Shown: positions 27,682-38,519, counted from the stretch's first letter. The stretch is DNA of 64,000 nucleotides from an uncultured Acidobacteriaceae bacterium (GCA_963790505.1 CAWBOT010000004.1:1132225-1196224); one strand, 5' to 3'. A program made the numbers and translations. The notes: generated by a model not told the origin, from the letters alone.

Positions 27682-28242
27682 ATGGCACGTACTGAGTCAG
27701 CCATGATTGCGTTGGGCACCGAGGCGCCGCCCTTCAACCTCGAGGATGTAGTGACGACGAGGCGCGTTGGCATCGGCGAAGTCCGTGGCGAATACGGTCT
27801 GCTGGTGATGTTCATCTGCCGCCACTGCCCCTTTGTCAAACACGTGGAGAAGGAGCTTGCCACCTTGGGCAAAGAGTACTCGAGGAAAGGCGTAGGCGTA
27901 GTCGCCATCAGCAGCAACGACGCCGATTGTTACTCTGAAGACTCCCCACCCGCCCTAAGAATGCAGGCCGGCGAACAAGGCTTCACCTTCCCGTATCTCT
28001 TCGACGAATCGCAAGAGGTTGCACGTGCCTACAATGCGACCTGCACGCCCGATTTCTTTCTCTTCGATAAAGACTTGAGACTCGTCTACCGCGGGCAGAT
28101 GGATGACAGCCGCCCGGGCAGTGGTATCCCGGTCACCGGCAAAGACCTCCGCAACGCGCTCGATGCGCTGCTCGCCGGTCGACCGATCTCAGCAGAGCAG
28201 CGCGCAAGCCTCGGATGCAGCATCAAATGGAAGCATTCGTAA
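27682..28242 (+). CDS. thioredoxin-fold (AhpC/TSA-TlpA-like) protein
   Basis: CRHCPF CxxC motif. SD GAGGAGGAGG upstream. Confidence 0.7.
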   Translation: MARTESAMIALGTEAPPFNLEDVVTTRRVGIGEVRGEYGLLVMFICRHCPFVKHVEKELATLGKEYSRKGVGVVAISSNDADCYSEDSPPALRMQAGEQGFTFPYLFDESQEVARAYNATCTPDFFLFDKDLRLVYRGQMDDSRPGSGIPVTGKDLRNALDALLAGRPISAEQRASLGCSIKWKHS

Positions 28243-28251
28243 CAGCTACGG

Positions 28252-31200
28252 TTACTTGGTGGCTTCCATCTGCGGGTGCGGATAATCCACCCGCACCGTC
28301 TGGATCGAGAACGGCGTAATTGCGAATGAAACCTTGTCGCCAGTGACGCTGATGGCGCCGCCCTCGGGCTGTTCCATAAGATTTACCAGCGAAGCGCCGG
28401 TCGCTCCCTGAGGCACGCTGATCGTCACATCGCTCGACTTGCCCGCCCACTCATAGACACGGAAGAGCAGGGCGTTCGAGTCCTCAGCCTTCTTCATCGC
28501 CGTCAGGACGACGTTGTCGGCAGAGACGCTGACAAACGAGTGGTCCGCAGGCCATTCGCCCGAGTGAGATTCTACCTGCATCGCAGTCAGAGGGTAGTTG
28601 GTCTCGTAGCCGCGTCGCACGGTGAGCGCCGCCTTCCAGTCGCCGGCGTGGGGGTAGAGCCAGTAACTGAAGTGATGATGGCCGCGATCTGCATCAGGAT
28701 CGGGCCAAACCGGCGAGCGCAAGAGAGTGAGGCGCAGTTGATTGCCGAGTGCGTCGTAGCCGTACTTCGATTCATTGATGAGCGAAAACCCATGCTGGCC
28801 GTCGCCGAGATCGGCCCATCGCATGGCTGGGACCTCAAAGCGCGCCTTTTCGAAGGAGTTGTTGCGCGTGGTTGCGCGCTCGATCGATCCATAGGGAATC
28901 TCAAAGGTCGCCTTATCGCTGGTTGCGGCCAGAGGGAACGACGCTTTGAGAAGGACGTGCGTTTCGTGCCAGTCGATGTCGTTAACGATCTGAACTTCGG
29001 GCGATTCGTCAGTGAGCACAATATCCTGGACAAATTTTGAGCTCTGCCACGTTCGCGTCACTCGGATCGAGGCCCGGAGGGGCCCTTTGTCGATCAGTTG
29101 CACCGAATCTGCCGTCTCGATAGGAGAGTAATGGTCGTAAGTGCCGGGGTCGACGTTCCACGCGTCGTACTCCTTCGGCGTGTCCTTGAAAGTCTGCAGC
29201 TGGTTGCCGCAACCTCCGGCCGCGAGTGTTTCGAAGTTAGCCTTCTTGTCGAAGAGACTGATAATGCAGCCGGTCTTTGGATCGACGGTGACGCGAAGCA
29301 GGTCATTTTCCAGCGTAGTACCGCTCGCCTTCAGATGGGAAGTGGTCTTCAGGCCGTCACCTGCTTCGCCTCCAACATGCAAGACCTGGTAACCCAGAGA
29401 AGGGACGTTGCTGGTCTTGATAAGCAGACGAGCGGAATGCGTCAGTGGATCAGTAGAGATGACTTGGTCTTCAAGGATCGTGCCGTCTGCGCCTTCGACG
29501 CTGAGGCCGCGAAACCCCTTAGGCAGTTGGACATCCGCTTCAACCATGTTGCTGCGCGACCAGGCCAGGGGGTTTGTCACCAATACTGATACAACATTCC
29601 CCGGCGCGAATGAAGCGTTCTTAATGCTAGCCGTGTCGATCTTGCTGGCTAGCACCTTGAGCGCATTTTCTTGGGCATCGTTTGCTGTCCAATGAACGAC
29701 GTCGTAGTCCTTCTGCGCGTCTTTGTAGATCACTCCAATCCCTGAACCGGCGCCAAGATCGTGGAACTGGTTGAAGAGCACTTTTTTCCACGCCTCATTG
29801 AGCGGAGTTTGCGGATAATCCAGCCCTTGCAGCCAAGCGAGCGAAGAGAACTTCTCTGCGTTCAACAGCCACTCTTCGCTGTTGCGCATGTTGCGTTTGT
29901 GGTTGGCCTGGGTCGTGTAGACGCCGCGGTGATACTCGAAGTAGAGCTCATCCTTCCAGGTCGGAAGGCTTGTCTTGCCGTCCGTCGAAGGCGACAACTT
30001 GCCTTTGCCTTCCGCTAGCGCCTGATAGTTCCATACCGGCGAGTGCTCAGTGTCGAGGTTGCCCTCGACGTCGTTGAAGTAGCTCTGCGCGACGCCGAAA
30101 GTCGTCTTGGGATAGACCACGCTTGGCGAGGTCCAGATCTCCCCGGCGTCGAGCATCGCACGCGTCGGACCGCCGCCGTGGTCGCCGATGCCGTAAAGAT
30201 GCATCATCTCAGGAAGGCCGGGGTTCAGTGCACGCGACTTCGCCAGAGTCTCGGCCATCGGCACCGGTTCGATCGGGTTCACATAGTCGTTGGGGAAATA
30301 ACTGAGCACCTTGCTGCCGTCTGGCGATTCCCACCAGAAAAGCTTGAGCGGAAGCTGGTTCGTGTCGTTCCAGTGCATTTTCTGGGTGACGAAGTAATCG
30401 ACGCCCGACTTCTTGTAAATCTGCGGAAGCTGCCAGGTGTAGCCGAACGAATCGGGGTTCCATCCTATGCGGACATCCACACCGAACTGCTGCTTGAAAT
30501 ATCGTTTGCCGATCAGCAACTGGCGCACCAGAGACTCGCCGTCCGGCATATTGAGATCGGGCTCGACCCACATGCCACCGACCATCTCCCAGCGGCCTTC
30601 CTTCACCCGGTCCTTAATCTCCTGGCACTCACTGGGATATTTGTCGCAGATCCACTCGCTGTAGGCGGCGGCAGACTGGGTGTAGGTGTACTTGGGATAC
30701 TCGTGCATTAGTTGGAGCGCAGTCGTGAACGTTCGCCTCGCCACATCGACGGTCTCCGTCCACGGCCATAGCCATGCAGCGTCAATGTGCGAATTGCCGG
30801 TAAGCCGGATGGCGACCTTTTCGAGCACCGGGCGGAGAAGCTCGAGTTGCGCCTGCGATTTTCGCAGTGACGCATCAAAGGCCGCCTGATCCGCTTTGCC
30901 AAGAGCCGCGACATCGATCTGCGCGACCGCCGCGTTCAACTGCTGTTCGCTCGACGCCGGATTGCTCTCAATCGAAGGCAGCAGAATCGCAGCGGACTGC
31001 ACTTCTTCGGCCAGGATCGAGGGGCTGGGTCGTGTCTCCACAAAATCAATCCTCGCGTCGGCGCCAGTGAAGGTCTTCACGTCCACCGTGTGGAGTAACT
31101 TCACCGCAACAACGACCCTCTCGCCCGGCTTGGCGCCGTCGAAGAGCACAATCGGTTCGAGGTCTTCGCCCAGCGCGACCCGGCGCCCGTTGAAGTAGAT

Positions 31201-31581
31201 GATCTGCGGCATCGGGCCGTTCGCGCCCGCGTGGAACTGGAACCAGATACGAGCGCCGCTCAGGTCGTAGCCGTCGAGCGTCTTTGGTACCTGGATAGTG
31301 CTGCGAAACCACACCGCATCGTTGCCCACCTGTGTCTTGCCGGACGCCGTCTCCCATTGGCTGTCGTCAAGGTTGGTGGCCTCCCCATGGGGAACATCGC
31401 CCTTGTGATAACGCCAGCCAGCCAAGGGAAGATGGTCCAAAGCCAAGAGCTTTCCGATGGTCTGCGTATTTTGCGGGGTGAGGACCGTTTGTGCATGGCT
31501 CGACAGGCCGCAGATTGAGAGCGCAATGAAAGCGGTAACAAAACTAGAACGGCCAAGCCTGGTCAGCAAGAAAGCCTCCAT
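28252..31581 (-). CDS. glycoside hydrolase family 38 alpha-mannosidase, secreted
   Basis: GNSHIDAAWLWPW...Q...AAYSEW and a long GH38 C-terminal region. Start placed at MEAFLLTRLG (signal peptide), because the upstream TTG start overlaps the galU terminator. Confidence 0.85.
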   Translation of the reverse strand: MEAFLLTRLGRSSFVTAFIALSICGLSSHAQTVLTPQNTQTIGKLLALDHLPLAGWRYHKGDVPHGEATNLDDSQWETASGKTQVGNDAVWFRSTIQVPKTLDGYDLSGARIWFQFHAGANGPMPQIIYFNGRRVALGEDLEPIVLFDGAKPGERVVVAVKLLHTVDVKTFTGADARIDFVETRPSPSILAEEVQSAAILLPSIESNPASSEQQLNAAVAQIDVAALGKADQAAFDASLRKSQAQLELLRPVLEKVAIRLTGNSHIDAAWLWPWTETVDVARRTFTTALQLMHEYPKYTYTQSAAAYSEWICDKYPSECQEIKDRVKEGRWEMVGGMWVEPDLNMPDGESLVRQLLIGKRYFKQQFGVDVRIGWNPDSFGYTWQLPQIYKKSGVDYFVTQKMHWNDTNQLPLKLFWWESPDGSKVLSYFPNDYVNPIEPVPMAETLAKSRALNPGLPEMMHLYGIGDHGGGPTRAMLDAGEIWTSPSVVYPKTTFGVAQSYFNDVEGNLDTEHSPVWNYQALAEGKGKLSPSTDGKTSLPTWKDELYFEYHRGVYTTQANHKRNMRNSEEWLLNAEKFSSLAWLQGLDYPQTPLNEAWKKVLFNQFHDLGAGSGIGVIYKDAQKDYDVVHWTANDAQENALKVLASKIDTASIKNASFAPGNVVSVLVTNPLAWSRSNMVEADVQLPKGFRGLSVEGADGTILEDQVISTDPLTHSARLLIKTSNVPSLGYQVLHVGGEAGDGLKTTSHLKASGTTLENDLLRVTVDPKTGCIISLFDKKANFETLAAGGCGNQLQTFKDTPKEYDAWNVDPGTYDHYSPIETADSVQLIDKGPLRASIRVTRTWQSSKFVQDIVLTDESPEVQIVNDIDWHETHVLLKASFPLAATSDKATFEIPYGSIERATTRNNSFEKARFEVPAMRWADLGDGQHGFSLINESKYGYDALGNQLRLTLLRSPVWPDPDADRGHHHFSYWLYPHAGDWKAALTVRRGYETNYPLTAMQVESHSGEWPADHSFVSVSADNVVLTAMKKAEDSNALLFRVYEWAGKSSDVTISVPQGATGASLVNLMEQPEGGAISVTGDKVSFAITPFSIQTVRVDYPHPQMEATK

Positions 31582-31644
31582 GTACGCACTTGCAACAAAC
31601 AGAGCGACCCATGCAGCATAACGACTTCCCGATGCGGTGAGCAA

Positions 31645-31673
31645 GCAAAAGGCCCCGCGAAGATCGCGAGGCC
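31645..31673 (-). terminator. rho-independent terminator after galU
   Basis: Minus strand reads GGCCTCGCG-atctt-CGCGGGGCC followed by TTTTGCTTG. Confidence 0.6.
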
Positions 31674-31700
31674 GTAGAGCGATGGGAATCCGTGGTCTGG

Positions 31701-32576
31701 CTAGAGAGAAAGACTCTTCAGGTATTCACGGAAGGCGGGACCGAGGTCGTCGCGTTTCAGTGCGAAGTCGACCGTCGCCTTTAGCATGCCGAACTTGTCG
31801 CCGGCATCGTGGCGAACGCCTTCAAAGTTGTACCCGTAGACCTTCTCGCTCTTCAACAGCCCCTTAATGCCGTCGGTCAGCTGCAGTTCGCCGCCCGCGC
31901 CCGGAGTTATCTTCTCCAGTTCGCCGAAGATGGCGGGCGTCAGGACGTAGCGGCCGATAATTGCGAACTTGGAGGGAGCGTCTTCGAACTTCGGCTTTTC
32001 GACCATCCCCTTCGCTTCGAGGATGTCTTTGTTCCCTGCAGTCGGCGTGCCATCGAGCACACCGTATGCGGAGATGCCTGGGCCTTCGATCTCCATCGTC
32101 GCCAGAATCGACCCCTGAACCTGGTTGTAGACGCCGATCATCTGGCCGATGCATGAGGTCTTGGCATCGATCACATCGTCGGGCAAAATGACGGCGAAGG
32201 GCTCGTCGCCCACCAGATCTTTCGCGCATAGAACTGCGTGGCCGAGGCCTTTGGCTTCCTTCTGCCGCACCGTGACGATGCGGGCCATCCCGGAGATGCT
32301 CCGGCTTAACTCCAGCAGCGCCGTCTTGCCGCGCGATTCGAGCAACGCGTCCAGTTCATAGCTGATGTCGAAGTGGTCTTCGATGGCGGTCTTGCCGCGC
32401 CCGGTGATGATGATGATCTCTTCAATGCCGCCGGCGATCGCCTCTTCCACGCCGTATTGGATAATCGGCTTGTCGACCAGCGACAGCATCTCTTTGGGGA
32501 TCGCCTTGGTCGCGGGAAGAAAACGCGTGCCCAGACCGGCCGCCGGAAAGACTGCCTTACGCACTTTTTTTGTCAT
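31701..32576 (-). CDS. galU: UTP--glucose-1-phosphate uridylyltransferase
   Basis: KAVFPAAGLGTRFLPATKAIPKEML. Confidence 0.95.
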   Translation of the reverse strand: MTKKVRKAVFPAAGLGTRFLPATKAIPKEMLSLVDKPIIQYGVEEAIAGGIEEIIIITGRGKTAIEDHFDISYELDALLESRGKTALLELSRSISGMARIVTVRQKEAKGLGHAVLCAKDLVGDEPFAVILPDDVIDAKTSCIGQMIGVYNQVQGSILATMEIEGPGISAYGVLDGTPTAGNKDILEAKGMVEKPKFEDAPSKFAIIGRYVLTPAIFGELEKITPGAGGELQLTDGIKGLLKSEKVYGYNFEGVRHDAGDKFGMLKATVDFALKRDDLGPAFREYLKSLSL

Positions 32577-32766
32577 AAAAAGTCCTTAGCTCCCGTCTCT
32601 TGGTGAGGCTTGGTAGTTCAGGGACAGATGTGCAAAATGGAGTACTACCAGCATATCTCAGGCAGGTTACAGTCCCACGACATCGGATGCGCTTTCTCGA
32701 TGGCAGGGCAGTCTGGCCGCTTTCCCAGGCAAGGACAAACATCGCGAGGATTCCGTCGTCGGACAC

Positions 32767-35700
32767 TCACTGGGCCACTTCTTCGAACTCGAGCTCATCG
32801 AGCAGCAGGCGAATCTCCATCATGACCTCCTGCGGTTGCGATGATGCGAGCGGATAACGAAGAACTCCTTGCGGCGTAAACTGCGCGCCTCGCTTGACGT
32901 TTCTCGCAACCAGCATCATCAGGCGGCTGGGATCGACATTTGCCCTTTCCATGAACCTCATGTGAATTTGATCGCGCTTGCGGTCAACCTGGGAGACTCC
33001 GAGGCGTTCGCATTCAAGCCGCAGCAGGGCGGCCTCGAGTAGATGAGTGACGCTCTCAGGCGGCGGCCCGTAACGGTCTTCGAGCTCCGCGCGAACGTCG
33101 GCGATAGCGGCTTCGTCCTGGGCGCCGGCGATTTTCTTGTAGATACGCAGCCGCTGGTTCTCTTCGGAAATATAACTCTCGTCGACGCGCAGGCTGATGC
33201 CGAGATTGAGCTGGGTGGTCGTACGTTCCTGGCGATCTTCACCCTTGAGCTTGCTGACCGCCTCTTCGAGCATCGAGGTGTAAAGCTCGAAGCCGACGGC
33301 TTCGATATGGCCACTTTGCTCGCCGCCGAGCATGTTGCCCGCCCCGCGAAGTTCGAGGTCGAGGGCAGCGATCTTGAAGCCCGCTCCGAGATCTGAGAAC
33401 TCTTTCAATGCAGCGAGCCGACGGCGGGCAATCTCCGTCAATTCCTGTTCGGCCGGGATCAGTAGGTATGCATAGGCACGCCGGTTTGAGCGTCCCACGC
33501 GGCCGCGCAACTGATAGAGCTCGGAAAGGCCGTGACGATCCGAGCGATTAATCAGGATGGTATTTGCAAGCGGAATGTCGAGGCCGTTTTCAATGATCGT
33601 CGTGGCGACAAGAACATCGTATTCGTGGTTCATGAAGGCGAGCATGACCCGTTCGAGCTCGACCTCTCCCATCTGTCCGTGGCCGACGATTACTCGTGCT
33701 GATGGTACAAGCTCGCTGATCTTTGCAGCAATCTCGTAGATAGTCTCAACCCGGTTGTGGACGAAATACACCTGACCGCCGCGTTCGAGTTCGACTTCAA
33801 CCGCAGAGCGCACTAACTTCTCGTCGAACTTCGCGACGACTGTCTGAATGGCCATGCGGTCTTTGGGAGGAGTATCGATCACGCTCATATCCCGAAGGCC
33901 GATCAGCGACATGTGGAGCGTACGCGGGATAGGCGTCGCCGACATGGCCAGCACGTCGATTTCCTGGCGCATTTGTTTCAGGCGCTCTTTGTGGCGGACT
34001 CCAAAACGCTGTTCTTCGTCGACGACCAGCAGGCCGAGATCGTGAAACTTCAGGTCTTTTGACAATAGACGGTGGGTGCCGATGAGAATATCGACGCGCC
34101 CGCTCTCAACGCGCTCGAGAATGACCTTTTGCTCCTTCGGCGTGCGAAAGCGCGAGATCATTTCAATCTCGATCGGGAACTGCTTGAAGCGCTTCTTGAA
34201 GGTCTCGAAGTGCTGGAAGCTAAGCACCGTCGTCGGCGTGAGCACCGCAACCTGCCTACCGTCCTGCACAGCTTTGAAAGCGGCGCGCATCGCTACTTCG
34301 GTCTTCCCATAGCCCACGTCTCCGCAGAGCAAGCGGTCCATCGGCATGGTCGATTCCATGTCGCGCTTGATGTCGGCGATGGCCGAGATCTGGTCGTCAG
34401 TCTCGTTGTAATCAAAAGCGTCTTCAAACTCGCGCTGGAATTCATTATCTGGCGGAAAGGCATGGCCCTGCGCCGCCTTTCTCTGCGCGTAGAGTTTCAG
34501 CAGCTCGTCGGCCATGTCCTGCATGGCCTTCTTGACGCGTGCCTTGGTCTTGGCCCATTGCTGGGATCCAAGCCGGTTGAGCACCGGCGCCGGGCCGGCA
34601 TCTGTTGAGCGATACTTCTGGATCAGGTCAAGCCGGGTGAGCGGAACATAAAGTCTCGCTTGCTCGGCGAACTCGAGAATCATGAACTCGACGGTTACGC
34701 CATCCTGCTCGATCTCCTTCAGACCGAGGTAGCGCGCGATGCCGTGCTCAACGTGGACGACGTAATCGCCTATCGTCAGATCGCGGAAGTCGGAGATAAA
34801 CGCCGCCGTCTTCGACTTGGACTTCTTCACTACCGGACGTGCGGTCACATCGGCTTCGTCGGTAAGATCGTTAGCGCCGAAGAGCACCAGGTTAGCGTCG
34901 GGAAAGCTCACTCCATTGGCGATCGCTGCTCGCACCAGGACGGGCGTTCGCAGGTCACCGGACAGGTAGCTCGATTCGTCGTAGATGTTCTCGCTTCCGG
35001 TGTGTTGTGCGCGGCTTCCCAGACGGTACGGCAGTCCGTATTCGCGCAAGAGTGTTGCCAGACGCTCGACCTCTCCCTGGTTGGGCAGCGCGAGCAGCAG
35101 ATGAACGGATTGTTCCATCAGCGTCTTCAGCTGCTCGATCAGCGCGGGAATCGACCCGTGAAAGCGAAGGGTCGGCCGCGAAGCAAAGGCGACTTCGCCA
35201 AGCGTGGTGTCTTCATCGAGAACGTCGACTGCTCCGAGCTGATCGATATCCAGGCCGGGCTTCGCCGCGAGGGTGAGCAGCAACCGCTCGGGCTCGAGAT
35301 AAATGTCGCCGGGAGAGATCAGCGAGCCGATGCCGCTGCGGTCGTGGCGCTGCTCGACCTTACTCCACCATCGCTCGACCTGATTCTTGATCATTGCCGG
35401 CTCTTCGACGAAGACCTGGCAGCGCGGGAACAGGTCGAAGATCGTCCCATTCGCGCCGTAGACGGCAGAAAAGAATTCCCAACCGGGGAAGACGGTGACG
35501 CCGCCAGCAGAAATAGCCCGCTCGACGCTCGCATCGGCGTCGTCTTCGAGCGAACTGCCGCTCAGCCGGGCATGTACCGCTGCCAGCAACCGCTCGGTCA
35601 CCGGTGTTTCGGTTAAGGGAAGCAGAGTTGCTTCATCGAGCGGAGAAGACGACCGTTGCGATTCCGGATCGAACTTGCGTATCGACTCGATCTCATCCCC

Positions 35701-36324
35701 GAAAAGATCGATGCGGATGGGGCGGTCCATTTCCGGCGAATAGATGTCGAGGATGCCGCCGCGGCGCGTGAACTGGCCGGGCATCTCAACGATGTCCATT
35801 GCGGTGTAGCCGACGCTCGTAAGGTGGCCGAGCAGCTCGTCCACCTCAATCTCTTCGCCGCGGCGTAGTACGCGCGCGAGGTCGAGATAGTAATTCGCCG
35901 GAAACATCCTCAACGCCGCGGCTTCGACCGGCGCGATGACGATCGATGCCTCGCTGCTGGCTATCTTCCATAGCACGGTGGCTCTCTGCTCCTGGACATC
36001 CGGATGCGGCGAGAGGTTCTCAAAGGGCAAGACATCATGCGCCGGCAACTTGAGCACGCGCTCGATCGGGATGGTGCCGGTAAGCTCGCAGGCGGCGCGA
36101 ACGGCGAGTTGCAGTGCGTCGGCGGCCTTATTGTCGGCAACGACTACAACAACCGGCACCTGAGCGGCTTTGGCGAAGAGCGGAAGATAAAGCGCACGGG
36201 CCGTCGACGTAAGTCCAGAGACACGTCTGCGCCCGGCGGCGAGGCTGAGGTGCCTTCGTACCCGCTCGAACGAATCAGAGTGTTCCAGGTCCGCGAGTAA
36301 TTCGCGGACAAACGGCAGTACCAT
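32767..36324 (-). CDS. mfd: transcription-repair coupling factor
   Basis: 1185 aa. Contains GDVGYGKTEVA, VVDEEQRFG, and a TRG-like region. Confidence 0.95.
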   Translation of the reverse strand: MVLPFVRELLADLEHSDSFERVRRHLSLAAGRRRVSGLTSTARALYLPLFAKAAQVPVVVVVADNKAADALQLAVRAACELTGTIPIERVLKLPAHDVLPFENLSPHPDVQEQRATVLWKIASSEASIVIAPVEAAALRMFPANYYLDLARVLRRGEEIEVDELLGHLTSVGYTAMDIVEMPGQFTRRGGILDIYSPEMDRPIRIDLFGDEIESIRKFDPESQRSSSPLDEATLLPLTETPVTERLLAAVHARLSGSSLEDDADASVERAISAGGVTVFPGWEFFSAVYGANGTIFDLFPRCQVFVEEPAMIKNQVERWWSKVEQRHDRSGIGSLISPGDIYLEPERLLLTLAAKPGLDIDQLGAVDVLDEDTTLGEVAFASRPTLRFHGSIPALIEQLKTLMEQSVHLLLALPNQGEVERLATLLREYGLPYRLGSRAQHTGSENIYDESSYLSGDLRTPVLVRAAIANGVSFPDANLVLFGANDLTDEADVTARPVVKKSKSKTAAFISDFRDLTIGDYVVHVEHGIARYLGLKEIEQDGVTVEFMILEFAEQARLYVPLTRLDLIQKYRSTDAGPAPVLNRLGSQQWAKTKARVKKAMQDMADELLKLYAQRKAAQGHAFPPDNEFQREFEDAFDYNETDDQISAIADIKRDMESTMPMDRLLCGDVGYGKTEVAMRAAFKAVQDGRQVAVLTPTTVLSFQHFETFKKRFKQFPIEIEMISRFRTPKEQKVILERVESGRVDILIGTHRLLSKDLKFHDLGLLVVDEEQRFGVRHKERLKQMRQEIDVLAMSATPIPRTLHMSLIGLRDMSVIDTPPKDRMAIQTVVAKFDEKLVRSAVEVELERGGQVYFVHNRVETIYEIAAKISELVPSARVIVGHGQMGEVELERVMLAFMNHEYDVLVATTIIENGLDIPLANTILINRSDRHGLSELYQLRGRVGRSNRRAYAYLLIPAEQELTEIARRRLAALKEFSDLGAGFKIAALDLELRGAGNMLGGEQSGHIEAVGFELYTSMLEEAVSKLKGEDRQERTTTQLNLGISLRVDESYISEENQRLRIYKKIAGAQDEAAIADVRAELEDRYGPPPESVTHLLEAALLRLECERLGVSQVDRKRDQIHMRFMERANVDPSRLMMLVARNVKRGAQFTPQGVLRYPLASSQPQEVMMEIRLLLDELEFEEVAQ

Positions 36325-36337
36325 TGTCGTTAGTTTA

Positions 36338-37267
36338 TCAGTGGGAGGAGCGAGCTCGTTCTCGCTGCAGCTCGCGATACGCTTCGCTCTTGGAGATTGC
36401 TCGCTCGCGAGCGGCCCGCTTGAGCGCGGCCATTTCGTCCAGTCCTTCAGTTCGTTGCAATTCGGTGACTCGGTCCTTGAGGCTTGACGCGTGGCCAGCG
36501 GTGCTAGCGGCTAAAGACTTCGCTTCAACGAGCAAGGTAATCTCGCCGCGAACGCGATCCCGGCTGGCCAGATTCGCGCGAACTCCGCCCACCGCACCGC
36601 GAAGGAATTCCTCGTGCAGCTTAGTTAGCTCCCGCGCGACAACGACACGACATTCGGCGCCCCAGACCTTTTCGACATCTTCCAGCGTATCCAGAATGCG
36701 GTGCGGCGCTTCATAAAAGATCAGCGTGAGTGCTTCGTTGTCCGCGACTAGCCTGGCGAGGCCCTCCAGCTTGGCCCGGCGCGCGCCGCTCTTTGGCGGA
36801 AGAAATCCGGCATAGAGAAAATTTGCAGTCGCCAGGCCCGATGCGATCAGGGCGCTCACGGCGGCGTTGGCACCGGGGATGGGATAGACGGCGACGCCCG
36901 CATCGATCGCGGCCCGCGCCAGGGTCATCCCTGGGTCGGAGATGCCCGGCACGCCTGCATCGGAGACCACTGCGATTCGCGCGCCCTGCTTCAACTGCTC
37001 GACAAACTCGCGGGCTTTCTCCGCCTCGTTATGTTCGTGGCAGCTGGTGGTTGGCGTATGGATGCCGAAGTGGTTCAGCAGCTTCTGCGTTTGCCTGGTG
37101 TCTTCGCAAGCGATGCGGTCGGCGCTCTTGAGTACGCGCAAGGCACGCAGAGAAATGTCCTCGAGGTTGCCGATGGGGGTGGCGACGAGGTAGAGCCCGG
37201 GAGCGAGCGGCTTCTCGTCGACCGTCTTTCTCTCCGAGGCCGCGTCGTTACTCTCTTCTGAACACAT
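36338..37267 (-). CDS. rsmI: 16S rRNA (cytidine1402-2'-O)-methyltransferase
   Basis: GLYLVATPIGNLEDISLRALRVL, a tetrapyrrole-methylase fold pattern. Confidence 0.9.
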   Translation of the reverse strand: MCSEESNDAASERKTVDEKPLAPGLYLVATPIGNLEDISLRALRVLKSADRIACEDTRQTQKLLNHFGIHTPTTSCHEHNEAEKAREFVEQLKQGARIAVVSDAGVPGISDPGMTLARAAIDAGVAVYPIPGANAAVSALIASGLATANFLYAGFLPPKSGARRAKLEGLARLVADNEALTLIFYEAPHRILDTLEDVEKVWGAECRVVVARELTKLHEEFLRGAVGGVRANLASRDRVRGEITLLVEAKSLAASTAGHASSLKDRVTELQRTEGLDEMAALKRAARERAISKSEAYRELQRERARSSH

Positions 37268-37271
37268 CTCT

Positions 37272-38381
37272 TTAGTTTCTTTGCCGCTGCAGCTTGCGGT
37301 GCTCGGCGAGCAGTCCCATGGAGTGCATCAGGTTCTGTAGGGTGACGATGCCGACAATCTTTTCGCCCTCGGTGACCGGCATGAGCGAGAGGCCTCGTCC
37401 GGCGGTCATGCGGCGAATCATCGCGCCCAGCGAATCGTCCGGTTGGGCAACCTGGAAGGCGCGCGACATGACTCCCTGAATGTAACCATTGCCGTCGGCG
37501 CGCAGAGCGTCGAGAATGCTTTGGCGAGAGACAATGCCGACGAGATTGACCCCGCGCACCACAGGAAAATCGTCCTGTAGGCTGTGGATGGTCTTGAAGA
37601 GTGCGTCTTCGAGGGTGTCTGAGGGGGACATGGTCGAGAATTCAGTCAGCATCACGTCTTTCATGCGGACGTTGTCCACGACCGACTGAAAGAGTGTTCC
37701 CTGATCTTCGAGTTGTGCCCCGATGAAGATGAAGAAGCCGGCCATCACTAGCCACGGCATCCGCAAGGCAATGCCGGAGGCGAAGACCAGCACCGCTAGC
37801 ACCTGACTGATCCCGGCGGCCGAGCGGCTGGCCTGCGCTGCCTCCCTCGATCGTTTGAACTCGCCCAGCAGCACTCTCCCGCCATCAAGCGGGTAAGCCG
37901 GAACGATATTCACTAACCCAAGAAAGATGTTGAGCCAGACGAAGGAGCGCATGAGGTGCGCGGTCGTGATCCACGGAGCCTCAATCAGGCTCACCTGCGG
38001 GCTTGCGCCGGCGATGAGACCGCCGACGATCAGGGCGAAGAGCAGATTCGACACTGGCCCGATCATCGCCATTGGAGTCTGGATCTTCGGAGTGGTAGCG
38101 CGCTCGGTGCTCTCCGGGTTGGCGAAGGCGTAGAGGCCGCCCGTCGGCAATAGCAGAATGTTCCGGATCTGCAACCCGTAATATGCGCAGCCGATGAGTC
38201 GCGGAACCTCGCGCACCGCAACCGCTGCCAGCAGAAGCACCCACAACATCATGCCCCGCCAAATATCGAGGTTGGCTGAGGTTGCGCTCAGCATGCAGGG
38301 GCCGCTTAACAGCAGAAAGAAAGCGTGGATGCGGATATCGACTCCGAACCACCGCCCCAGGGGAAAGGACCAACCTCGCAT
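37272..38381 (-). CDS. M50 (site-2 protease) family membrane protein with a CBS pair; metal-binding HExxH motif degenerate
   Basis: FGVDIRIH start and conserved NIVPAYPLDGGR. A C-terminal CBS pair is present. The expected HExxH position reads REVPR (38199-38213). Confidence 0.8.
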   Translation of the reverse strand: MRGWSFPLGRWFGVDIRIHAFFLLLSGPCMLSATSANLDIWRGMMLWVLLLAAVAVREVPRLIGCAYYGLQIRNILLLPTGGLYAFANPESTERATTPKIQTPMAMIGPVSNLLFALIVGGLIAGASPQVSLIEAPWITTAHLMRSFVWLNIFLGLVNIVPAYPLDGGRVLLGEFKRSREAAQASRSAAGISQVLAVLVFASGIALRMPWLVMAGFFIFIGAQLEDQGTLFQSVVDNVRMKDVMLTEFSTMSPSDTLEDALFKTIHSLQDDFPVVRGVNLVGIVSRQSILDALRADGNGYIQGVMSRAFQVAQPDDSLGAMIRRMTAGRGLSLMPVTEGEKIVGIVTLQNLMHSMGLLAEHRKLQRQRN

Positions 38382-38519
38382 ACTGCTCCGTTCTCAAAGG
38401 CCAGCTCGTCCCGGTATTGGGCAAATCCGGCTCTCGTCATTGTAGAGGGTCGTACCGTTTACATACACAAGCGCGACGCCGAACGGGCCGTGGCGGCTCA
38501 CAATGAAGTGACTGGTACG

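Noticed and set aside
34660-35616. 318-aa plus-strand ORF inside mfd, with similar long antisense ORFs inside the SDR (9581..10573), gltX (40409..41269), permease (53263..53967), ligD (57565..58338) and ku (58435..59262) genes
   Set aside because: All are shadow ORFs opposite strongly supported genes, with no motifs and skewed composition.
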